Source: Desulfobacterales bacterium
Lineage (GTDB): Bacteria > Desulfobacterota > Desulfobacteria > Desulfobacterales > SURF-7
Reading direction: 5' to 3'
NCBI GenBank assembly: GCA_041740615.1
Contig: JBGSLR010000018.1
Span: forward strand, 67,379 to 131,378
Length of the DNA stretch: 64,000 nucleotides
The notes below the pieces were generated by a model that worked only from the letters and a program-made list of their open reading frames with translations, was not told the origin of the DNA and did not search any database. Shown here in pieces: positions 18,591 to 27,861 of this stretch; positions within the stretch are counted from its first letter, which is position 1; every line of letters starts with the position of its first letter. The position numbers and the translations under genes were made by a program.

Positions 18591-19595
18591 TCAGATGGAA
18601 AAAAACAACCGGCCTCTTCTGTTACCAACCGCGACCGGGCCTTCGGAATCCAACACCTGTAGATGACTGTACACTTCCGAAACAGCCAAAAACAGGTCCA
18701 ACAATATTCGTTTCCCCCCGATTTCCGGAAACAGGTTCCGGGCAATCCGGTAAACCGTTTGCGGTCCCGCGGATAAAATGGACTGAATGTTTTGTTGGCG
18801 CTCCCGGAAACTGCGGCGATAACCGACCGTGATGCGTGTCAGGTCATCGATGCGGGGGCCATGTGCCGGCCAGACGATCTTCGGCGACAAGTTTTCAACC
18901 TTTTTGACGGAATCATAATACTCCTCCTGACTCCTTCGCTGGGGTAGTTCATGGTCCCGCTCCAGCATGACGAAGGCATTAGGTGTAATATGCCCCAAAA
19001 TATGATCGCCGGAAAACAGTACATTTTCCTTTTCCAGGTAAAGACAGACGGACCCCTTGGAGTGACCCGGGGTAAACACGACGCCGGCTGTATAGTCGCC
19101 CAGTTGTATGCGGTCGCCTTCGTTCAAGGTGAAATCGACCGCACAATTCTCGGCCATGGATCGGAAAGCGCGATTCAACAATCGAATCCCCAACCGATAC
19201 CCCAGGGGAACTCCCATGAGGCGGATAAAGCGCTGATAGGTTCTCCGGGTGACCTCGGCGCCGGTTTCCACCCGTCGTCGATCCGCAAGGTGGATCCCGA
19301 CCCTTGCTCGTTCTCCTTTTTGACGGATGATTTGATTGGCGGCTCCGTAATGGTCCACGTGTCCATGGGTGACGATGATCTGATCGATATCGGGAAAACC
19401 ATATCCCAGGTCGCCCAACGCGCGCTTCAGGTATTCGACGGTCTGGACGGTACCGGTATCCAGCAGCGATATATTGGCGCCCGTAAAAAGGTACGAATTC
19501 ACAGGTCCCGGCTTTTTCCCCGGCAGGGGCAACCGGATCTGAAATACGTTCGGCATCACTTCTCGGTATGCATAACGCAGGTGGTTCGTTTTCAT
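18591..19595 (-). CDS. MBL-fold metallo-hydrolase
   Basis: It has the metal-binding motif VTHGHVDHYGAA and TPGHSKGS. The ATG at 19595 has an AGGAA RBS. Confidence 0.75.
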   Translation of the reverse strand: MKTNHLRYAYREVMPNVFQIRLPLPGKKPGPVNSYLFTGANISLLDTGTVQTVEYLKRALGDLGYGFPDIDQIIVTHGHVDHYGAANQIIRQKGERARVGIHLADRRRVETGAEVTRRTYQRFIRLMGVPLGYRLGIRLLNRAFRSMAENCAVDFTLNEGDRIQLGDYTAGVVFTPGHSKGSVCLYLEKENVLFSGDHILGHITPNAFVMLERDHELPQRRSQEEYYDSVKKVENLSPKIVWPAHGPRIDDLTRITVGYRRSFRERQQNIQSILSAGPQTVYRIARNLFPEIGGKRILLDLFLAVSEVYSHLQVLDSEGPVAVGNRRGRLFFSI

Positions 19596-19928
19596 TGTTT
19601 TCCTGATTTCCGAGGTTAGCGAAAAAGGAATTTCGTGTCGTGTCGCGCGATACCTGTAGCACAAAGCGCTTTGAAATGAAAGCCTGACCGTGCGTCATGG
19701 TTTGTCGACACCAAGGATTGCAGAGGGAATTGACAACTTGACAATTGTTTTTTTTCTACGTAAGCATGCATTTGAAGTACTTTTTCTCCCATCTCCTCTT
19801 TCATATGGTTGGGGAATATCCGACGGCAACGAGGATTATCGCGAATTTCCCAGGAAATCTTCCGCACCAAGCGATTTTGTGAATATGGTTTGCCTGTTTG
19901 ATAACGGTTTCGGAAAAGGAGCACCCAA

Positions 19929-20924
19929 ATGAAGCGATTCATGACTCTCTTTTACACCGGTCTGTTGATCGGCTTGTCTCTTGGATTCTCCCATGCGAGA
20001 GATATAATTGAGATCAGTTATTTCGGAGACAATCCGGGAAATATCAAAATGTTTGCCTATGTTCCCGAATCCGTCCCGGACAATGCGCCGTTGGTGGTAT
20101 CCCTGCACGGCTGTAACCAATCGGCTGCGATTTACAGCAACGCCGGATGGAAACACTGGGCCGATACGTGGAAATTATATGTGATCTATCCGGAACAACA
20201 GAAAGACAACAATTCCGCGACATGCTGGTCCTGGTTTAACGAGGACGATATCGTCAACCGGAGAGGAGAAGCCGGTTCCATTCTGAATATGATCGACCGG
20301 ATGAAAGACCTGTATTCCATCGATGAACACCGGATTTTTATCGAAGGACTGTCCGCAGGGGGCTGGATGACGGCTGCCCTTCTGGCAACCTATCCGGATA
20401 TTTTTAGAGGCGGCGCCGTTATCGCAGGCGGCCCTTCCTACTGTGGGTGCACGGAAAATAATGTCTGGGGTGTTTTTTCATTCTGCTATTATTTTTTCAG
20501 CCCATGGGTAAACGCCAACGCATGTATGGCCGGTTCCATCGACAAGTCTCCGGAGGAATGGAAGGCGCTGGTTGAAACCTACAATCCCTACCATGGCCAA
20601 TGGCCCGTTTTATCCGTATGGCACGGGACGGCGGATGAAATCGTCAAACCCGCAAACGAAGATGAACTCGTCCAACAATGGACGGCTCTTCACGGCGTCG
20701 ACGTCTCATCCGGACTGACGGATGGGTCAAACACCCTGGGCTTTTCACACCAAACATACCGAACATCCTCCGGCCGCCCTGTCATCGAAACCCACACCAT
20801 TTCCGGCATGGGTCACGGCATACCGATTCGCACGGATCATTGCGGCCAGACCAGTGATTACATTCTTGACGCCAGGATCTGCGCCGTGGAAAAAATCGCT
20901 CAATTCTGGGGACTGAACCAATAA
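19929..20924 (+). CDS. Secreted esterase of the PHB-depolymerase family
   Basis: It has a signal peptide, LVVSLHGCNQSA, the nucleophile motif GLSAGGWM and ISGMGHG. Confidence 0.75.
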   Translation: MKRFMTLFYTGLLIGLSLGFSHARDIIEISYFGDNPGNIKMFAYVPESVPDNAPLVVSLHGCNQSAAIYSNAGWKHWADTWKLYVIYPEQQKDNNSATCWSWFNEDDIVNRRGEAGSILNMIDRMKDLYSIDEHRIFIEGLSAGGWMTAALLATYPDIFRGGAVIAGGPSYCGCTENNVWGVFSFCYYFFSPWVNANACMAGSIDKSPEEWKALVETYNPYHGQWPVLSVWHGTADEIVKPANEDELVQQWTALHGVDVSSGLTDGSNTLGFSHQTYRTSSGRPVIETHTISGMGHGIPIRTDHCGQTSDYILDARICAVEKIAQFWGLNQ

Positions 20925-21189
20925 AACCGCACAGGGCCAATTCCCCAACGGAAGATTCAAATTCATTGCGCGCCATTGTGGTTTTGTAGTCGATTAGATA
21001 CATTATTTGGTTGCGAAACGTTGTTTTTTTTGTTACACGGTGTTACTTACCTTTGTTCAGAAAGGCGTTGAAACGTATTTTTCAAAAGCCGAATGAACAG
21101 GATTCATCGTAAGGGGGTATTCGCGCCATAGTTCCGACGTATGGCGATTATCCGGTTTTGTGCCCATCAACTTACCCAAGGAGGAGATC

Positions 21190-22116
21190 ATGAACCCGAT
21201 TCCAAAGAAGCGTCCTTTTATCACGAACCTGTTCCTTTTATTCGTGGCGGTGGTGATCCTATGCCCATCATCCGCTTTGGCTGTCGGTGACCCGGATCCG
21301 TGCGCGACCCAATATCCCATCGTACTGGCCCACGGCATGGGTGCTTCGGCGGAAATCCTCGGCATCCTTGATTACTGGTGGGGCCTTGACAATGTACTGG
21401 AGAACGAAGGGGCGGACGTCTATATCACCTCGGTCAACGGAATGGACAGCACGGCCAATAAAGCGGCGGCGTTCAAAGCACAGTACCTTGAGATCTTGGC
21501 CATCTCAGGAAAATCCAAGGCCAACATCATCGGGCACTCCCATGGCACGTTGTATACCCGCTACGCCATCTCCAACCTGGGGCTGTCCTCCAAGGTGGCT
21601 TCCTACACCAGCATTGCAGGCCCCCATCGCGGCAGTGTCATTGCCGATGTCATCTTGGGTGTGGTGCCGAACAATCTGGAATGGCTGGTCGGCGGTACCC
21701 TGGATTTCATTTACGCCTTCATTTTCGGTGATACCAACCCCAACTCCCTGGAAAACGGGTATGATCTCACCCGTTCGAACATGATCAACAACTTCAATCC
21801 GAACACGCCGAACATACCCGGTATTTATTACCAGAGCTGGGCCGGAAAAATTAAAACCATGGCCATCGATGCCCGCAACTGGTATTTCATCGGCACCTGG
21901 CCGATTCTGCTGGCATATGAAGGCGCCAATGACGGTCTCGTAAGCGTCGAAAGTGCAAAATGGGGAACCTTCCGCGGTGTGGAGGATGCATCCTGGTACA
22001 GCGCCGGTTGCGATCATCTGAATATCATCGGTCAGCCCTTCGGCATCACGCCGGGATTCGATCGGGATGAATTCTACATCGACATGGTATCCGAACTCAA
22101 AGACTGGGGGTATTGA
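21190..22116 (+). CDS. lipA: Secreted triacylglycerol lipase, bacterial family I (Pseudomonas/Burkholderia type)
   Basis: It has a signal peptide, the oxyanion segment YPIVLAHGMG and the nucleophile motif IGHSHGTLYTRY. An AAGGAGGAG RBS precedes the ATG at 21190. Confidence 0.8.
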   Translation: MNPIPKKRPFITNLFLLFVAVVILCPSSALAVGDPDPCATQYPIVLAHGMGASAEILGILDYWWGLDNVLENEGADVYITSVNGMDSTANKAAAFKAQYLEILAISGKSKANIIGHSHGTLYTRYAISNLGLSSKVASYTSIAGPHRGSVIADVILGVVPNNLEWLVGGTLDFIYAFIFGDTNPNSLENGYDLTRSNMINNFNPNTPNIPGIYYQSWAGKIKTMAIDARNWYFIGTWPILLAYEGANDGLVSVESAKWGTFRGVEDASWYSAGCDHLNIIGQPFGITPGFDRDEFYIDMVSELKDWGY

Positions 22117-22161
22117 TTTTCGAAAAAATTACAATCTCCGGTATAACTTGTCATCAGAAAA

Positions 22162-22189
22162 GGGACACACGCCTGCGTGTCCCTTTTTT
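22162..22189 (+). terminator. Rho-independent terminator/attenuator after lipA
   Basis: The hairpin is GGGACAC-acgcctgc-GTGTCCC followed by TTTTTT. An A-run precedes it, so it could act in both directions. Confidence 0.7.
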
Positions 22190-22239
22190 CATCCCTTCCC
22201 ATCAATGAATGGGCGTATTCTCATCCGGGAGTGGTTATC

Positions 22240-23307
22240 GTGCTTCGAATAAAAAAAATTCTGGCCCTTTGCGGCATCGCCGTCATCGGATTCGTGCTGT
22301 ATACCCTGGTTGCAAGACAAAGCGACAGCAAGCCGGAGTACATCTTTGACAAGAACGACGCCATCACGCTGGAAACAGTCGCCAACTCCCGAAAACCGCT
22401 TGCCGCGAACCGATCAAACAAGGCTGGAGATACCTCCGCCGCAGGATCTTCCACCGAACTCGGAACGGATATCCAGGCGGTGTTCCAAAACGGCGGCGTT
22501 ACACCGGAAACCCTTCGCTATTTTCACTACCTCCATAAACGTTTCAAGCAAAGCACCCGTCTTGAAGATCATCTCAAAGAAGTCCGGCAATATCTGCTCA
22601 CGCAAATGCCGACGGATGAAGCGGAGAAACTGCTGCACATCTACCGGGACTATCTGCAGTGTGAAATCGATCTGGTAAAAGAGCTCAATAACTGGGGAAT
22701 GCCCACGGACACCCAAGGAGCCCTGGAATTGCTGGCCAAGACACAACAGTTCAGACGGGAACGGTTGGGCAAGGAACTGGCCGACGCCCTTTTCGGTGCA
22801 GAGGTGAAGTCAAAGGAATATGTTGTGCGCCGCGCGCAGATCATCGAGGACAAAGATGTCTACGGCGAGGAAAAGGAACGCCGCATCGCGGAGTTGAACC
22901 AAGACATGTGGGGTGATGAGGCTGACGCCGTCGAAAATGTTCCCAAACCCTACCAGCGCTATCGTGAAAAGCTGAAAATCTACGAAAAAGACCTGAACGA
23001 AATCCCCGATGATGCGGGCAGGAAGTCGAAGATCAGAGAATTTCGACAAGCCTCTTTTCCCGAGGATGTCGTCCAAAGACTGGAAGAAGTGGATCGAAAA
23101 ATCGACCAGGAAAAAGAAACCGAATCCGGTTATTTCAAGGCGGAAAAACAGATCGCCGACAATCCCGATTTATCCGCAGAAGAACGGCACTCCGCTTTGG
23201 AAAGACTGCAAAATGAAACCTTCGGCGACCAGGCAGACGCCTTTCGAAGAAGAGAAGCCATTCGGAAAGGCCTGGAACAATTGAAATCCCCATCCAGATC
23301 CGACTAA
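22240..23307 (+). CDS. lif: Lipase-specific foldase (Lif / lipase chaperone)
   Basis: It has an N-terminal TM anchor (ILALCGIAVIGFVLYTLV) and a long helical, charged body typical of Lif (LRYFHYLHKRF.., RYREKLKIYEKDL..). It lies immediately downstream of the lipase. The start is uncertain (GTG at 22231 or 22240). The listed start at 22177 lies inside the terminator hairpin. Confidence 0.65.
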   Translation: MLRIKKILALCGIAVIGFVLYTLVARQSDSKPEYIFDKNDAITLETVANSRKPLAANRSNKAGDTSAAGSSTELGTDIQAVFQNGGVTPETLRYFHYLHKRFKQSTRLEDHLKEVRQYLLTQMPTDEAEKLLHIYRDYLQCEIDLVKELNNWGMPTDTQGALELLAKTQQFRRERLGKELADALFGAEVKSKEYVVRRAQIIEDKDVYGEEKERRIAELNQDMWGDEADAVENVPKPYQRYREKLKIYEKDLNEIPDDAGRKSKIREFRQASFPEDVVQRLEEVDRKIDQEKETESGYFKAEKQIADNPDLSAEERHSALERLQNETFGDQADAFRRREAIRKGLEQLKSPSRSD

Positions 23308-24866
23308 CCCGCCCGCAGAAGACGACCCAATGACATCAGCAGCAACACGGCGGCGAGCAAAAGGATCCCATCACCGTACCGCGAATAGACCGTCGTTTGG
23401 TGCAGCGCCGTGACGTTGCCGTCGATGCGCGACCGGGTGAACAGTCCGGAGGCCTCCAGCAGTTCTCCGGTTGGGGAAACCACGGCTGAAATCCCGCTGT
23501 TGGAGGCCCGCAGGAGAAACCGACGGTTTTCAATGGCGCGGAACCTTGCCGCATCCAAATGCAGACCGGGCATGCCGGAATCCCCGAACCAGGTATCGTT
23601 GGAAATATTGATCAGTACAGCGGCACCCTCCGTCACGGAACGGCGGATATAATTCGGATACAGAATTTCAAAACAGATGGAGGCGCCGATCCTTCCGAAT
23701 GCGGTTTCGACCGTCGACGGTGATTGACCGGTCGCAAACTGCGAAGGCGCACGGTAGTATTGTCCCAGAAAATTCCAAAGGGGCGCGCTTTCCGAATACG
23801 GCAGTAAAATGTGTTTATCGTACCATCGCACCCACCCGTTTCCGGAAATAAAATAGGCGGAATTGAAAACAGCGCCGTCTTTCCCCTTCCTCAGTCCCCC
23901 GCTGACGAGTAGGGCGGAGGGACCGATATCAGCGGCGATTTCCCCAAAGACGGCCGCATTTGCTTTGGTCGAAGAATTCAAGACCGTTTCAGGCCAGACG
24001 ATGATCCTCCCCTCCCCGGTTTTCCCGGCATGACTCAGCGCCAAATAGGTATGGAGGCGTCCCAGAAAACCCGTGCCGCTCCAGCGGTCTTTCAGACTGA
24101 AATTCCCCTGGGCGATGGTAACCGGAATCTTGCGCGAAGCGGTTCTGGCGGCTTGCATTTCGTCCCATACGGTTTGCAAACGGACCTTGCCGTATCCCAT
24201 GGTACAGGCGATGATGAATGACAACAATACAATCCCGGCTCCTGCTCGACTCCGCATGTCCCGGTCAACAAACCGGCCCTGGCGGTGTTGCACTACACAC
24301 TGATGCAGGCAGGTCCAGACAACAACCAGCAGACAACCGATCATGACCACCAGAAACGACACACCGTAAATTCCGACGATGTCGGCAACCTGGACGAAGT
24401 GCGCCATTGGCAGCAGCGCATATCCCACCATTCCCCACGGCACCAAAAAAGGCAGAATTTCTCGGATGTAATCCGCGATGATCCAAAGGGAAGGGGCTGT
24501 CAGGGCATAGAACCAGAGTCTTTTGGTATGCAGCATCCCGTATAGAACGGCAAAGCAGGAGTAGAGGAGTCCAAGCGGCAGGCTGACCGATACCAGAAAA
24601 AACAACAAGGATGTGGGAAAGGATTTGCCGTAGTGCTCCATCAGGGCATAAAAAATCCAATACCCCATGGCGACGGAATGAACACCGCCGAAAACCACGC
24701 CGGATACCGCGCGTCCCGCAGCCGATTCTTCCCCTTCCAAGGCCGCCATAAACAATGCAATCGAAACAAAGGCCAGCGGCCATACGGAAAGCGGCGGAAA
24801 AGCGAGCGCCAAAAGGACTGCAGCGGAAATCACGGGGATTCGCAGTTTCGCTGTCGGCGATCTCAT
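23304..24866 (-). CDS. lnt: Apolipoprotein N-acyltransferase
   Basis: It has a multi-TM N-terminus followed by a CN-hydrolase domain (ASICFEILYPNYIRR, LINISNDTWFG). The ATG at 24866 overlaps the upstream stop (ATGA). Confidence 0.85.
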   Translation of the reverse strand: MRSPTAKLRIPVISAAVLLALAFPPLSVWPLAFVSIALFMAALEGEESAAGRAVSGVVFGGVHSVAMGYWIFYALMEHYGKSFPTSLLFFLVSVSLPLGLLYSCFAVLYGMLHTKRLWFYALTAPSLWIIADYIREILPFLVPWGMVGYALLPMAHFVQVADIVGIYGVSFLVVMIGCLLVVVWTCLHQCVVQHRQGRFVDRDMRSRAGAGIVLLSFIIACTMGYGKVRLQTVWDEMQAARTASRKIPVTIAQGNFSLKDRWSGTGFLGRLHTYLALSHAGKTGEGRIIVWPETVLNSSTKANAAVFGEIAADIGPSALLVSGGLRKGKDGAVFNSAYFISGNGWVRWYDKHILLPYSESAPLWNFLGQYYRAPSQFATGQSPSTVETAFGRIGASICFEILYPNYIRRSVTEGAAVLINISNDTWFGDSGMPGLHLDAARFRAIENRRFLLRASNSGISAVVSPTGELLEASGLFTRSRIDGNVTALHQTTVYSRYGDGILLLAAVLLLMSLGRLLRAG

Positions 24867-25369
24867 CCCGGTTTCACGATGCGGTTGCGCAACATACCGA
24901 GCCCATCGATCTGGAGTTCGATCACGTCGCCGGAATTGAGAAATCGGCCGAGCTCCAATCCGCATCCGTTTCCCACCGTCCCGGAACCGAGGACTTCTCC
25001 GGGATACAGGGTTTCACATCGGGATACATAAGCAATGAGTTGTTCAAAAGTATGGTGCATGACGCCGCTTCTTCCCCGGCCCCACTCTTCGCCGTTTACC
25101 CGGGCGATCATGGCAAGGCCGCAGGGATCCGGGATTTCATCCCGGGTGACCAGGTAGGGGCCCAAAATCAGGCGGACATCTTTCAAGTCAATATCCTCCC
25201 GGGATTCCGTGAGCGCCTGTCGCGCGGCTTCAAGCGCCCCATCGACGCCATCGATGAGTTCCAGCAGGTTGGAAAATATTCCCGAAAGATCGACGACGGT
25301 CTCCCTGTCCGGCCGCAACGCGCCGACCTTTTCAACTCCGGCAGGAGTTGCAAACGTTACGAGTTTCAT
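24863..25369 (-). CDS. Fumarylacetoacetate-hydrolase (FAH) family protein, internally truncated
   Basis: The N-terminal segment (MKLVTFATPAGVEKVGAL...DVRLI) joins directly to the C-terminal segment (LGPYLVTRDEIPDP..VNGEEW..PGEVLGSGTVGNG..GLGMLRNRI). The central metal-binding/catalytic block of roughly 100 aa is absent. Confidence 0.6.
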   Translation of the reverse strand: MKLVTFATPAGVEKVGALRPDRETVVDLSGIFSNLLELIDGVDGALEAARQALTESREDIDLKDVRLILGPYLVTRDEIPDPCGLAMIARVNGEEWGRGRSGVMHHTFEQLIAYVSRCETLYPGEVLGSGTVGNGCGLELGRFLNSGDVIELQIDGLGMLRNRIVKPG

Positions 25370-25593
25370 CGCATTCTCCTTGTATTCGTCAGTGGTGTTC
25401 GGCGATTTCTCTCCGTATTTCGGGTGGGTTTCGGACCTTGGAACGGTCGCTCCACGCTATACCATGTGATAATTCGGAAAGTCAAAGGTATCCGCAAGTT
25501 GACAAGAAAAGCACTTTTATCCCGCTTGATATCGACGTGGATCAATGGTAATGGGTCGGACTCGCTTGAAACGTCATTGGAGAAAAAACGGAG

Positions 25594-26733
25594 ATGGAGC
25601 ATGTGAAAAAAAATCCCATGTACCTGTATCTCGTGGTCCTGACCATCGGATCAACCGTCGGATTGCAGGCATGGACAATGCTGTTCAACAATTTCGCCGT
25701 GGAAATGGCCCGTCTGGACGGTGACCGCATCGGCATGATTCAATCCATCCGGGAAATACCTGGTTTTCTGGCCCTTCTGGCCATTTTCGTCATCCGGATC
25801 ATTCCGGAGCACCGTCTGTCAGCCCTCTCCATCCTCTTTTTGGGAGCGGGTTTTGCCGCCACCGGGTTCTTCCCCTCCTTTGCAGGGCTCTCCCTGACCA
25901 CGCTTTTCATGAGCTTCGGATTCCATTATTATGAAACCACCAACATGTCCCTGACACTGCAGTACTTCGAAAAGGATTCGTCACCCTGGGTGTTCGGTAA
26001 ATTGCGCAGCATTTCCGCCGTCTCCAGTATCATCGTGGGGATTTTTATCTTCTTTATCGCTTCCGCGCTTGACTTTGCTCATATTTACCTGATCATCGGC
26101 GGACTCATCGTAATGGTGGCCCAGTGGGGTTTTACCCGCAAACCGGCCGACAGCAATGCCCCGGTCCAGCATAAAAAAATGATTTTTCGGAAACGGTACT
26201 GGCTTTTTTATTTTCTGACCTTCATGGCCGGCGCTCGTCGGCAGATTTTCATCGCTTTTTCCGTATTGCTGCTGGTTCAGAAATTCCACTATTCGGTTCA
26301 GGCCGTCACCTTGCTCTTCGTCATCAACAACGCCATCAATTATTTTCTCAGCCCGACAATCGGCCGGGCTATTATCCGGTTCGGCGAGCGCAAGGTTCTT
26401 TCACTCGAGTATGCCGGCCTGATCGCGGTTTTTCTCGGCTACGCCTTCACCGACTCGAAATGGGCGGCAGGCGGTCTGTACATTCTGGATCATATCTTTT
26501 TTAATTTCGCCATCGCCATCAACACTTTTTTTCAGAAAGTGGGCGACCCGAAAGATGTGGCCCCCACCATGGCGGTCGGCTTCACCATCAATCATATCGC
26601 AGCAGTGATCCTGCCGGCCGTCGGCGGCTACTTCTGGGTGCTGGACTACCGCATCCCCTTTATCGCCGGAGCCGGCATGGCCCTGATATCCCTGACAGCC
26701 GTTCAACAAATCCGCACACCGCAATATGGATAA
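25594..26733 (+). CDS. MFS-type transporter
   Basis: It has about 12 predicted TM segments with an MFS-like layout. The exact start is uncertain (ATG at 25594 or GTG at 25603). Confidence 0.65.
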   Translation: MEHVKKNPMYLYLVVLTIGSTVGLQAWTMLFNNFAVEMARLDGDRIGMIQSIREIPGFLALLAIFVIRIIPEHRLSALSILFLGAGFAATGFFPSFAGLSLTTLFMSFGFHYYETTNMSLTLQYFEKDSSPWVFGKLRSISAVSSIIVGIFIFFIASALDFAHIYLIIGGLIVMVAQWGFTRKPADSNAPVQHKKMIFRKRYWLFYFLTFMAGARRQIFIAFSVLLLVQKFHYSVQAVTLLFVINNAINYFLSPTIGRAIIRFGERKVLSLEYAGLIAVFLGYAFTDSKWAAGGLYILDHIFFNFAIAINTFFQKVGDPKDVAPTMAVGFTINHIAAVILPAVGGYFWVLDYRIPFIAGAGMALISLTAVQQIRTPQYG

Positions 26734-26802
26734 GCGGTTGTCTTCCCGCCGTCGGAATTTACAGTGAATCATAGCGATCAAAACTCCCGCCTGTTTCTTC
26801 AT

Positions 26803-26827
26803 GGGGTCAAGTCTTCATTCTTGACAC
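26803..26827 (-). repeat. Repeat copy a (GTGTCAAGAATGAAGACTTGACCCC on the - strand)
   Basis: Read directly from the sequence. It overlaps the last codons and the stop of the transposase-like CDS. Confidence 0.9.
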
Positions 26828-27760
26828 ATTTAATTTCTTCTCTATTTTTGCGATGTCTCTTTCAAGCTTTTCGTCATTTCTTCTTTCCTCCGAGACACGC
26901 CTGCACGCCTGGGACACGCCGGATTCTCCAATCCCGAAACGCATGCCGATGTCTTTCAGTTTTTCACCGGTATATCTTTGACAAAGATACATTGTTACCT
27001 TTCGAGACAAGGCCGCTTCTTTTCCGAAAACGGATTCCACTTCATCGACTATTTCTTTCATGGACGCTCTTCGTATGAATTCTTTTAAAGCCGGCACCTC
27101 TTTATCCGGTTTATTATCCGACAACACGGTATCCGTGATATAAGCGACAAAACTAGGGCTGCCCAGCAAGGTAGAACCGACTACCTCATCCAGAGGGTTA
27201 TCGTATTTCTTGGCAAGCATTGCGTTTACAAAACCGCGATACCCTTTCTGGGCAATTGAAATTTTATTGCTGAAATATTGAAGAATAAAATCTCGATACA
27301 GCCACTCCGGAGGTTTTTTCACGCCGATGTAATATGGATAGCTCGACCATTCATATTCCTCCGGCGTATCAACCAGCTTCGCCCGGACCGGGTTCAAATG
27401 AATATATCGGGAGAGCTCTTTTGCATATTCGTCCATGTCAACGAGTATCGCCTTGTAGCGCCCCTGAAACAAATGCCCGGCCCGTTCGCGTTTCACATTA
27501 AAATAATTGGTGTATGCACCGTTGATGTGCATCATGATCTGGGGCAAATTCCCGGAAGGCGTTTCAAGCAACAGATGATAATGGTTGTCCATCAAACAGA
27601 ATGCATGAATAACGGCGTTGTATCTTTTTACAGCCGATTCAATATATTCAAGAAACTTTTCCCTGTCACGTTTGCTCCTGAAAACGTCTTTCCGTTCGTT
27701 TCCCCGGGATGTCACATGATAGAAGGCGCCGGGATAATTTATTCGCAAGGGGCGGGCCAT
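26807..27760 (-). CDS. IS200/RAYT-like Y1 (HUH) transposase-like protein with a C-terminal DnaA-C-like HTH
   Basis: It has the HUH motif CLMDNHYHLLLE, the catalytic Tyr region SRYIHLNPVRAKLV and a C-terminal HTH resembling DnaA domain IV (YLCQRYTGEKLKDIGMRFGIGESGVSQACRRV). The ATG at 27760 follows AAAGGA. Confidence 0.8.
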   Translation of the reverse strand: MARPLRINYPGAFYHVTSRGNERKDVFRSKRDREKFLEYIESAVKRYNAVIHAFCLMDNHYHLLLETPSGNLPQIMMHINGAYTNYFNVKRERAGHLFQGRYKAILVDMDEYAKELSRYIHLNPVRAKLVDTPEEYEWSSYPYYIGVKKPPEWLYRDFILQYFSNKISIAQKGYRGFVNAMLAKKYDNPLDEVVGSTLLGSPSFVAYITDTVLSDNKPDKEVPALKEFIRRASMKEIVDEVESVFGKEAALSRKVTMYLCQRYTGEKLKDIGMRFGIGESGVSQACRRVSEERRNDEKLERDIAKIEKKLNVSRMKT

Positions 27761-27825
27761 TATCGTCCTTTCTCTGCTCGGCTGATGTGATCGTGAATCG
27801 AGTGGCTCATTTCCAAAGTTCGGCA

Positions 27826-27844
27826 TCAAGAGTGAAGACCTGGC
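27826..27844 (+). repeat. Repeat copy b (TCAAGAGTGAAGACCTGGC)
   Basis: It matches the core of copies a and c at 17 of 19 positions. It lies 66 nt upstream of the transposase-like start. Confidence 0.8.
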
Positions 27845-27861
27845 ATCGTTTTTTTCAGGCC

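Noticed and set aside
22177-22239. The GTG at 22177 as the foldase (lif) start, as listed in the ORF track.
   Set aside because: The codon lies inside the right arm of the lipA terminator hairpin, and the first ~20 codons are non-homologous. A GTG at 22231 or 22240, behind GGGAG and just before the TM anchor, is more plausible.
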